DNA of 13,277 nucleotides from a virus. Lineage: Duplodnaviria > Heunggongvirae > Uroviricota > Caudoviricetes. The notes below the pieces were generated by a model. It ran no database searches and was not told the origin of the DNA. It saw nothing but the letters and a program-made list of their open reading frames with translations. Of this stretch, positions 1 through 6,339 are shown in pieces (within the stretch, counting starts at the first letter, position 1; each line of letters starts with the position of its first letter). Position numbers and translations under genes: made by a program. The stretch spans positions 64,001 through 77,277 of IMG/VR virus record IMGVR_UViG_2936390555_000003; one strand, given 5' to 3'.

Positions 1-19
1 TCATGAGGAGGTTGATACC

Positions 20-337
20 ATGGTAGGTTATCCGAATTTTTTGAATACAAAAGAAGATTATATTTATGTACATGATAATTTTTAGAAAGAGCAGTGGCTG
101 CCAGATTTCCAAGCATTGCTTGATACCATGAAGGACTGGTTCTTTGACCATGTACTAGCTGATGGCGAAATTGGCATTACCGATGACACTCACAAGGCAG
201 TAATTGAGGAAGTGGAGCTTGGTGATGATAGGGTTCAGCGTAATGTACAGTACATTCTTAAAGAGAATCCTGACTGCAAATTGCGCAGACTTGGCTTCAC
301 TATTCCGGAGGTTAAGAAATTGATGGCAGGTGAGTAA
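20..337 (+). CDS. Phage hypothetical protein, 105 aa if TAG at 83-85 is read as sense (MVGYPNFLNTKEDYIYVHDNF*KEQWLPDFQALLDTMKDWFF...)
   Basis: GAGGAGG at 5-11, ATG at 20, same frame as track ORF 116..337. One in-frame TAG at codon 22; TAA stop at 335-337. The track start at 116 is a TTG without an RBS. Confidence 0.8.
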
Positions 338-339
338 TC

Positions 340-513
340 ATGAAAATCAGTTTTGAAAAGGTGAACATTGCTGACATTATAATCATTATTGCCCTGTAGA
401 TTGCATTGTTTGTTGCAATTCATAGTGGCGCAAGCGAGCTGTAGACGACCATAGCAGCAGGGCTTATAGGTTATATCGGTGGTTCTTCATCGCGTGGCAA
501 GGAGGTAATGTGA
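340..513 (+). CDS. Putative holin, 57 aa with two in-frame TAG (MKISFEKVNIADIIIIIAL*IALFVAIHSGASEL*TTIAAGLIGYIGGSSSRGKEVM)
   Basis: GCAGGTGA upstream, ATG at 340, TAG at 397-399 and 442-444, TGA at 511-513. Two hydrophobic segments and a charged C-tail; fills the gap directly before the endolysin. Missing from the ORF track. Holin function is inferred from size, hydrophobicity and position. Confidence 0.75.
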
Positions 514-514
514 A

Positions 515-1111
515 ATGAGGAATGTTACATTAAATGAATTGAAGTAGATGGCGATGAATGCCCGTGAAGCCATTTGGGACAAGGCAAGGACGGAGCCGAA
601 GATTTATCTTCATTGGACAGCAGGGAGATATGAAACTTGTTTTTCTGATTATCATATTAATATCACGGGCGATGGTGACATTTATGTATCCACGGAAGAC
701 CTGTCGGAAACTCTGAGCCATACTTGGCGCAGGAACTCTGGCAGCATTGGTATCGCTTTGTGCTGTGGGTATGGTGCTGGATCCACTAGTCTCGGTTCAT
801 ATCCGCCGACAGCCAAGCAGATTGAGGTGATGGCACAGGTAATCCGTGTTGTTGCTGATGCGCTTTGGCTGACCATCGATAAGGTTCACGTGCTGACCCA
901 CGGGGAGGCAGCGAATAACGAGGATGGTGACAATAGCTATCACAATCCATACGCATGGTGGAACGATAGCTATAGAGACGGTGATACCCGTGGCGACCTG
1001 GAATACCTGGGAACAACCGAAAGTCCATGTTACAAGCCGTGGGCAACCGATGGCTCACGTGGTGGCGATGTACTGCGTGGTAAGGCTAATTGGTACAGGA
1101 ATAATGGATAA
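515..1111 (+). CDS. Endolysin, N-acetylmuramoyl-L-alanine amidase (Amidase_2 / T7-lysozyme-like), 198 aa with in-frame TAG at codon 11
   Basis: AAGGAGG at 499-505, ATG at 515, MRNVTLNELK*MAMNARE; TAG at 545-547. Motifs KIYLHWTAG, SHTWRRNSGSIGIALC and VLTHGEAA fit a Zn amidase. No obvious wall-binding domain. TAA stop. Confidence 0.85.
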
Positions 1112-1640
1112 GGCATGGATTAAGTATGGTATTGTTATCGTGATACTGTGTGCAGTCGGCTGGTTCTTATGGCATCGTGAGCCAGCCACTGTCATGCCAC
1201 AGGAGCAAACCACGGATGTAAATACTGTACAGAATAGACTTGAAGTGAACAAGCAGAACGCCAAGGAAATTGTTACGCAGGTTAAGGAAATCCATACATA
1301 TACCAAGGAGCCTGTAGCAACTTATATTGAAACCAGTCCTGAGCCAGAGAAAGCCGTGGAGAAAAAGCTGGAAAAGAAGGATGTCACGTTGCCACCGGAA
1401 GCGTTGAAGGACACGGATAAGACAGTTGTGACCACCGATGGCACGAAGGTTGATGTGTACAAAATAAATACATATAGAAATTGGGAGTTCGGCGTGGGCC
1501 TCGGAAGGCATGGTAATGAATCTTATGTACCAATTTCATTACAGCGGAACTACGACAGGGTGCATAGCATAACTGTGGAAGCACATGTGAATGAACAGGG
1601 CATCCGCGGTGGCGAAGTACAATGGAAAGTACATTTTTGA
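1104..1640 (+). CDS. Lysis-cassette membrane protein, spanin-like candidate (178 aa)
   Basis: ATG at 1104 overlaps the endolysin end, AGGA upstream. N-terminal TM segment (YGIVIVILCAVGWFLW), charged linker, C-terminal amphipathic beta-strands ending in Phe. Last gene before the terminator. Function is inferred. Confidence 0.7.
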   Translation: MDKAWIKYGIVIVILCAVGWFLWHREPATVMPQEQTTDVNTVQNRLEVNKQNAKEIVTQVKEIHTYTKEPVATYIETSPEPEKAVEKKLEKKDVTLPPEALKDTDKTVVTTDGTKVDVYKINTYRNWEFGVGLGRHGNESYVPISLQRNYDRVHSITVEAHVNEQGIRGGEVQWKVHF

Positions 1641-1670
1641 GGGAGACTGAAAAAGTTTCCCTCTTTTTTT
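1639..1670 (+). terminator. Rho-independent terminator closing the lysis cassette
   Basis: GAGGGAGAC-TGAAAAA-GTTTCCCTC stem (one G-U pair) followed by 7 T. Confidence 0.85.
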
Positions 1671-1680
1671 GTTTTTACCC

Positions 1681-1709
1681 TTGACTAACTCAGAGATGTA
1701 TTATATCAT
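1681..1709 (+). promoter_or_regulatory. Sigma70/SigA-type promoter for the antirepressor operon
   Basis: TTGACT (1681-1686), 17-bp spacer, TATCAT (1704-1709), just after the terminator and 60 bp before the ATG at 1769. Confidence 0.65.
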
Positions 1710-1768
1710 CTGTGTATAACATCGATGATGTAAATGTAACGCGTATATCATCAAAGGAGTGTTTGTTA

Positions 1769-2467
1769 ATGGAAAACAAGATTCAGGTTTTTACCAATGA
1801 GAAGTTCGGTAAGGTTCGTACATTAATGATTAACAACGAACCGTGGTTCGTGGGCAAGGATGTAGCAGTCGCTCTTGGCTACAAAGATACCTCTGATGCC
1901 CTGAAAAAGCATGTCGACACTGAGGATAAGCTGACTCGGCGTTTTGCCGACTCAGGTCAAAGCAGGGAAATGTATATTATTAATGAGTCCGGTGTGTACT
2001 CTTTAGTCCTGAGTAGTAAACTGCCCACCGCTAAAAAGTTTAAGCGCTGGGTGACCAGCGAAGTCCTTCCTTCCATTCGCAAGACTGGTGGGTATTCTCT
2101 TGAGATTCCAAAGGATTATCCGTCAGCACTCAGAGCCCTGGCTGACCAGTGTGAAATCAACAGGATAATGAAGCCAAAGGCAGATTTCTATGACACTGTT
2201 GCCAGTACAGAGTCCCTGCTGTCCATGAATGATACAGCGAAAATCCTGAACATGGGCGTGGGAAGGAATAAGTTATTCAAGCTTCTGAGAGACAAAAAGA
2301 TTCTCATGAAGGATAACATGCCTTACCAGCGTTATGTTGATGCAGGGTATTTCAAAATGGTTGAGTCGTATTACATGGCTGGTGATAATTCAGTAGTTTC
2401 CAAAACTACCTATGTACGCCAGCGTGGCGTGGATTACATTCGTAAGCTTTTGAATGAGTGTGCGTAA
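1769..2467 (+). CDS. Phage antirepressor, BRO-N plus KilAC/ANT domain (232 aa)
   Basis: AAAGGAG then ATG at 1769 (preferred over track start 1712). FGKVRTLMINNEPWFVGKDVAVALGY, INESGVYSLVLSSKLPTAKKFKRWVTSEVLPSIRKTGGY, MKPKADFYD, GRNKLFKLLR. Confidence 0.92.
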   Translation: MENKIQVFTNEKFGKVRTLMINNEPWFVGKDVAVALGYKDTSDALKKHVDTEDKLTRRFADSGQSREMYIINESGVYSLVLSSKLPTAKKFKRWVTSEVLPSIRKTGGYSLEIPKDYPSALRALADQCEINRIMKPKADFYDTVASTESLLSMNDTAKILNMGVGRNKLFKLLRDKKILMKDNMPYQRYVDAGYFKMVESYYMAGDNSVVSKTTYVRQRGVDYIRKLLNECA

Positions 2468-2479
2468 GGAGGAAGTCAA

Positions 2480-3199
2480 ATGGAAAACAAGATTCAGGTT
2501 TTTACCAATGAGAAGTTCGGTAAGGTTCGTACATTAAATGAGGGTGGCAAGATTTACTTTGTTGCCAGTGATATTGCTAAGAGGCTTGGGTATACCAATC
2601 TTAGCAAAGCTGTTAATGACCATTGCAGGTGGGTAACGAAACGTTATATACCTCACCCACAGGGCAATGGTAGCCTTGAGGTAAACATTATCCCGGAAGG
2701 TGATGTTTATCGCTTGATAACCCATAGCAAATTGCCAACAGCAGAACGCTTTGAAAAATGGGTATTCGATGAAGTCCTTCCGTCCATCCGTAAGACCGGT
2801 GGATATACCCTGCCTGACTTCACGAATCCTATTGAAGCCGCGAGAGCATGGGCTGATGAATGCGAGGCAAAACAGAAGGCTCTCGCCCAGGTAAATGAAA
2901 TGAAACCCAAGGCTGAGTTCTACGATGATGTAACTGGCTCTGAGGATACTATCGACATCGGCGAGGTGGCTAAGGTACTGCATATGGGCATCGGCAGAAA
3001 CAAGCTGTTCCAGTTCCTCCGTGATAAAAAAGTGTTAGCACCGAACAATGCGCCATATCAGAGGTTCATTGATGCCGGGTATTTCAGGAGAGTCGAGAGC
3101 AGTTATGAAGTGTATGGGACCACACATGTCAGCGTGAAGACCGTAGTGTTCCAGCGTGGCGTGGATTATATTCGTAAGCTTCTGAAGGAGAGTGCATGA
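2480..3199 (+). CDS. Phage antirepressor, BRO-N plus KilAC/ANT domain (239 aa), paralog of the preceding gene
   Basis: AAGGAGG RBS. YFVASDIAKRLGY, IPEGDVYRLITHSKLPTAERFEKWVFDEVLPSIRKTGGY, MKPKAEFYD, GRNKLFQFLR. Confidence 0.92.
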   Translation: MENKIQVFTNEKFGKVRTLNEGGKIYFVASDIAKRLGYTNLSKAVNDHCRWVTKRYIPHPQGNGSLEVNIIPEGDVYRLITHSKLPTAERFEKWVFDEVLPSIRKTGGYTLPDFTNPIEAARAWADECEAKQKALAQVNEMKPKAEFYDDVTGSEDTIDIGEVAKVLHMGIGRNKLFQFLRDKKVLAPNNAPYQRFIDAGYFRRVESSYEVYGTTHVSVKTVVFQRGVDYIRKLLKESA

Positions 3200-3200
3200 C

Positions 3201-3356
3201 ATGCTGGTGATTAACGGTGGCTACCGTGATGCTACAGCTTGCACGGTGGAAGAATTGATTGACTGGCTCTCTGAATTTGACCGTGAGAGCCAGGTATACA
3301 TTAACAGCAACGGAACGCTATTGCCAGTCGTATGGCGTTCCCTGGGAGGCGAGTGA
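3201..3356 (+). CDS. Small hypothetical protein (51 aa, MLVINGGYRDATACTVEELIDWLSEFD...)
   Basis: GGAG upstream, ATG at 3201, TGA at 3354-3356; fills the gap between neighbouring genes. Below the track size cutoff. Confidence 0.6.
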   Translation: MLVINGGYRDATACTVEELIDWLSEFDRESQVYINSNGTLLPVVWRSLGGE

Positions 3357-3357
3357 A

Positions 3358-3564
3358 ATGCAATCATACAAATTGTCTATTCCTGGTTCCGCTGATATAA
3401 GCTTTTGCAAAGCAACTGATTGTAAAACATATTGCCGCAGAAACCGTAGTCTTGAGTGCTTCAAGCGGTGGCTCAAGAGAGAAGTGGAGATTTGCGGTGA
3501 GTATGCAAGGTATTCCGTGAGCGATTTCATGGATAGGTGCAGTGATTACAGGAGGGAATCATGA
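3358..3564 (+). CDS. Cys-rich hypothetical protein (68 aa)
   Basis: GGGAGG then ATG at 3358 (preferred over track start 3259); ATGA overlap with the next gene. Confidence 0.65.
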   Translation: MQSYKLSIPGSADISFCKATDCKTYCRRNRSLECFKRWLKREVEICGEYARYSVSDFMDRCSDYRRES

Positions 3565-3833
3565 TTAAATTTATATCCTATGATGGCAAGTTTCCTAATT
3601 TATGCAGAGGAACACTGGCCATTGAAAAAGATGGAAAACGATATGAGCTTCGTAATGTACTCATATCCTGTGGAAATAGCTTCATTGATGCCTATGGGGA
3701 TGGGTATACGATAAAGGGGCCTTGGCGCATAGATTCTTTTGAACTTCCAAGGAAGTTGCAGGGGGACATCAAAGAAATAGAAGAGCTCGTTAATGAGCAT
3801 TTGGAACATGGATGTTGCGGAGGGTGCATATGA
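3561..3833 (+). CDS. Hypothetical phage protein (90 aa, FISYDGKFPNLCRGTL...CCGGCI)
   Basis: AGGAGGG RBS; ATGA-coupled at both ends. Confidence 0.75.
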   Translation: MIKFISYDGKFPNLCRGTLAIEKDGKRYELRNVLISCGNSFIDAYGDGYTIKGPWRIDSFELPRKLQGDIKEIEELVNEHLEHGCCGGCI

Positions 3834-4075
3834 CAAACAGGGGTAAGAAAGTTAAAGAATGGGCTGGCACCATGGTAAAGAATGGGTTCTCAATTCATGT
3901 GAGCACGTTGGCCCCATACCTTTACCGTGTGTATAAGGACGAGATTGTAAACGGAGAACAGGTGAGATACAATTATGGCTTTCATTTCTGGTTACCAAAT
4001 GGGGTACACCATGAAGCTGATTGCTTGCCAGATGCATTAAGGGAAATCAAAATGTATAGGAGCGAAGAAAAATGA
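3830..4075 (+). CDS. Hypothetical protein (81 aa)
   Basis: GGAGGG RBS, ATG at 3830 overlapping the upstream TGA. Confidence 0.7.
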   Translation: MTNRGKKVKEWAGTMVKNGFSIHVSTLAPYLYRVYKDEIVNGEQVRYNYGFHFWLPNGVHHEADCLPDALREIKMYRSEEK

Positions 4076-4278
4076 CAAAAGAAGATGCTTACAAAATGAT
4101 TGAGAGCATGAAGGTAATTAATGAAACTTGTAGACATGCATATCTTACAGCGGATGTTCGTAAACGTGAATGCTATTGTAAGAATTGTCCGTTGGACACT
4201 GGGGATGAGTGCAACGATAGCTTCTATCCAAGTATCGTAAGTATCATTCAGAACTATAAATTTAAGGAGAGAGATTAG
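4072..4278 (+). CDS. Hypothetical Cys-containing protein (68 aa), ends in TAG
   Basis: AGGAG RBS, ATGA coupling. TAG at 4276-4278, with in-frame TAA three codons later (4285-4287). Confidence 0.7.
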   Translation: MTKEDAYKMIESMKVINETCRHAYLTADVRKRECYCKNCPLDTGDECNDSFYPSIVSIIQNYKFKERD

Positions 4279-4279
4279 C

Positions 4280-4465
4280 GTGACTAATGCAGACATAATT
4301 AGGAACATGTCAGACGAGGAACTGTTCAAGTTTCTTACTCAGGAACTAAATGTTATCAGCACATGTTGTATTTGTGACTATGGTGGCTGCGGGCCTGGGG
4401 ATAATTATGATTGCCAGGAGGGTGTCATGAGCTGGTTAACATCTGAGGTAGTGGTATTGGAGTGA
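4280..4465 (+). CDS. Small Cys-rich protein with TNAD-IR-MS-EEL module (61 aa)
   Basis: AAGGAG RBS, GTG start; MTNADIIRNMSDEELFKFL...CCIC...C...CQEGVMSWL. Confidence 0.75.
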   Translation: MTNADIIRNMSDEELFKFLTQELNVISTCCICDYGGCGPGDNYDCQEGVMSWLTSEVVVLE

Positions 4466-4472
4466 AGTGAAA

Positions 4473-4790
4473 ATGACTAATAGAGATAAGATTAATGCAC
4501 TGTCAAATAGAGAAATGGCTGTTTTATGGGACTATATCAAAAGCGATTGCGCTGGCAGTAATTGCGTATTTTATGCTTGCCCTGACTGCGGTGGTGACTG
4601 TCTGAAGGGCTTTGAGGCATGGTTGGGATTAGAGTGTGAAGTTGAAGAAAATCCACCTGCCGAGAATGTAGCTGAGCCACAGCAGGAAGCACCTGCCGAG
4701 AGAAACCATGATAAGACCATTGAGGACTTACGAAAGGCGGTCTGGTATATAAACAGGCAGATACAAAGATTGGAAGGTGCAGGGAAATGA
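4473..4790 (+). CDS. Cys-rich module protein with a C-terminal DUF3310-like fragment (105 aa)
   Basis: GGAG at 4459-4462 fits ATG 4473 better than GTG 4467. Tail EDLRKAVWYINRQI resembles the end of DUF3310 proteins (from recollection of the family). Confidence 0.7.
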   Translation: MTNRDKINALSNREMAVLWDYIKSDCAGSNCVFYACPDCGGDCLKGFEAWLGLECEVEENPPAENVAEPQQEAPAERNHDKTIEDLRKAVWYINRQIQRLEGAGK

Positions 4791-5185
4791 ATAAATGGAA
4801 GCCTAATTACGCAGAGGAATATTTTGTCCCCTATATTAACTTCGGTAAACCAATCAGTTCTGGCTGTGTTTGGCTGAGTCGTGATGATGACCATGCACGA
4901 TACAATGCTAACATAGTCTTTCAAACAGCCGAAGAGGCTTTGGAGCTTGCAGAGAAAATGCTGGCGGTGGCAAAGGATAGTCCAGTGAATAGTAGGGATA
5001 ATCCTCTTACAGCCTATAGATATGTCTATGATAACGGTAGAATTAAGTGTCCAAATTGTTCTAAAGAGTTCGTCTGGGGCTACTACGATGGCGATGGTTA
5101 CGATGAAATAAATTACTGTCCATATTGCGGTCAGAGGATAAATGTTGTAGATAACGAGGATGATGAGGAGGAGAGCCATGAGTAG
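4787..5185 (+). CDS. Hypothetical protein with C-terminal zinc ribbon (CPNC...CPYC), 132 aa, ends in TAG
   Basis: ATGA coupling, two CxxC pairs, acidic tail; TAG at 5183-5185 overlaps the next start. Confidence 0.75.
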   Translation: MNKWKPNYAEEYFVPYINFGKPISSGCVWLSRDDDHARYNANIVFQTAEEALELAEKMLAVAKDSPVNSRDNPLTAYRYVYDNGRIKCPNCSKEFVWGYYDGDGYDEINYCPYCGQRINVVDNEDDEEESHE

Positions 5186-5549
5186 AAGCAGAAGCCAGAA
5201 GCTCATAGAAGCAGCAATGCTAATTAAGAATAATTGCCAGGGACTCAAGAGCAGAGATAAATGTAAAAAGTGTGTCTTTAACAGTGATGGTGAGTCCACC
5301 ATATGTTTACTAGATCCTCCTGGCGAATTTGAGCCAGATTATTGGATTATCCCAAAGGACAAAGTTAAGACTTTTGCGACTAAGGCTGATGCAATTAGGG
5401 CTATGAGTAATAATGAGCTAGCTAAGCTCCTCCACAGTAAGTGTGGTTGCGCGTTCTGTGTACGCGATATACACGAATGCAAGGGTGATGTACCATGCAT
5501 AGAAGGCATAAGGGCATGGCTTGGACAGGAGGTAGGATGCGATGAATAA
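5178..5549 (+). CDS. Cys-rich hypothetical protein with C-terminal TKAD-IR-MS-EL module (123 aa)
   Basis: GAGGAGGAG RBS, ATG at 5178 (preferred over track start 5160), TAA stop. Confidence 0.75.
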   Translation: MSRSRSQKLIEAAMLIKNNCQGLKSRDKCKKCVFNSDGESTICLLDPPGEFEPDYWIIPKDKVKTFATKADAIRAMSNNELAKLLHSKCGCAFCVRDIHECKGDVPCIEGIRAWLGQEVGCDE

Positions 5550-5799
5550 TAAGGAGTTCCTATACAAATACGATAACTGTGTGCGATTCACCAGCTCGGA
5601 GATTATATCCATGTGCAAAGGAAAAGTTGGCACTAATGTCAAGATATTTTGGGATGAACCTGAAGATAATATGGTTACATGCGAGTTTACTGTTGCAAAA
5701 CGGAGATTTCAGATTGACTACATGGGGGCGCATGACTCATATGGTCAAGCCTGGGATGACGATTTTTGCGATAGCTATCCAAAGGAGATTAGAGAATGA
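5542..5799 (+). CDS. Hypothetical protein (85 aa)
   Basis: AGGAGG RBS; overlaps both neighbours in operon style. Confidence 0.7.
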   Translation: MNNKEFLYKYDNCVRFTSSEIISMCKGKVGTNVKIFWDEPEDNMVTCEFTVAKRRFQIDYMGAHDSYGQAWDDDFCDSYPKEIRE

Positions 5800-6029
5800 G
5801 TTTATTACCGCAGGAGCAGGAGACAGTTATATCATGGAACAAGACAAGCAAATTCGCCACGATATACACTACTATCCCTGCTGACATGAGAAGATTATTG
5901 GAATCGCCTGACATCTACAAGAAGGTCAAGGAATATAAGCAGGGCAACAGGGTGATAGGTATGGATTTTAAATGCGAGAAACGCTTTATCACCATGAGGC
6001 GCAAGGAAAGGGCGAAGAAAAATGGATGA
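5796..6029 (+). CDS. Hypothetical phage protein (77 aa, EQETVISWN...ATIYT)
   Basis: AAGGAG RBS, ATGA coupling. Confidence 0.75.
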   Translation: MSLLPQEQETVISWNKTSKFATIYTTIPADMRRLLESPDIYKKVKEYKQGNRVIGMDFKCEKRFITMRRKERAKKNG

Positions 6030-6213
6030 GGCATATTTTAGGGTTGAGACCGCGGAAGACAATCATGTAAGGATTTCAGCGAAGGGCAGTGATGAACAGA
6101 TTATCCAGTTGCTTATTGATGGTATCTGTGCATTTGCAGCGAAATCCCAGAGCAACCTGACAGCCAAGGAAATCGTCAGGATAATCAACGAAGAATTGCA
6201 GGACTGGGAATGA
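6022..6213 (+). CDS. Hypothetical protein (63 aa)
   Basis: Overlaps the upstream gene end; TGA stop. Confidence 0.65.
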   Translation: MDEAYFRVETAEDNHVRISAKGSDEQIIQLLIDGICAFAAKSQSNLTAKEIVRIINEELQDWE

Positions 6214-6323
6214 CATTCGTGCGCCCATGTGACCACATGGAAGATGTGAAGACAATGTGCAAGTGGTATTCACGAAATCGGGGGTATCCTTTGGTGGCAG
6301 AAAATTCTGCCGCGAAAATTTAG
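6210..6323 (+). CDS. Possible 37-aa ORF (MTFVRPCDHMEDVKTMCKWYSRNRGYPLVAENSAAKI), ends in TAG
   Basis: ATGA overlap with the upstream stop; TAG at 6321-6323 just before the rha RBS. May instead be non-coding regulatory sequence, since it holds hairpins at 6225-6240 and 6294-6313. Confidence 0.4.
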   Translation: MTFVRPCDHMEDVKTMCKWYSRNRGYPLVAENSAAKI

Positions 6324-6339
6324 AAAGGAATGGTACTTA

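Noticed and set aside
116-337. Track start at 116 (and likewise 548 for the endolysin)
   Set aside because: These are simply the first starts after an in-frame TAG and lack an RBS; strong RBS-ATG pairs lie upstream in frame at 20 and 515.
83-547. Pyrrolysine decoding of TAG
   Set aside because: No pyl genes in the window, and the proteins are not methylamine methyltransferases; several TAGs in small lysis proteins fit general suppression better.
924-1103. N-terminal extension of the spanin-like ORF
   Set aside because: Overlaps the endolysin by about 190 nt in another frame; ATG 1104 has an RBS and gives an N-terminal TM helix.
20-1111. Ordinary pseudogenisation of the lysis genes
   Set aside because: Four of four lesions are TAG, with no indels or other stops, and catalytic motifs, RBSs and the terminator are intact. 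Disfavoured, though not formally excluded without read and contig data.
1104-1175. Lipoprotein signal at VILC
   Set aside because: Leu at -1 does not fit the lipobox, and the hydrophobic stretch continues past the Cys.
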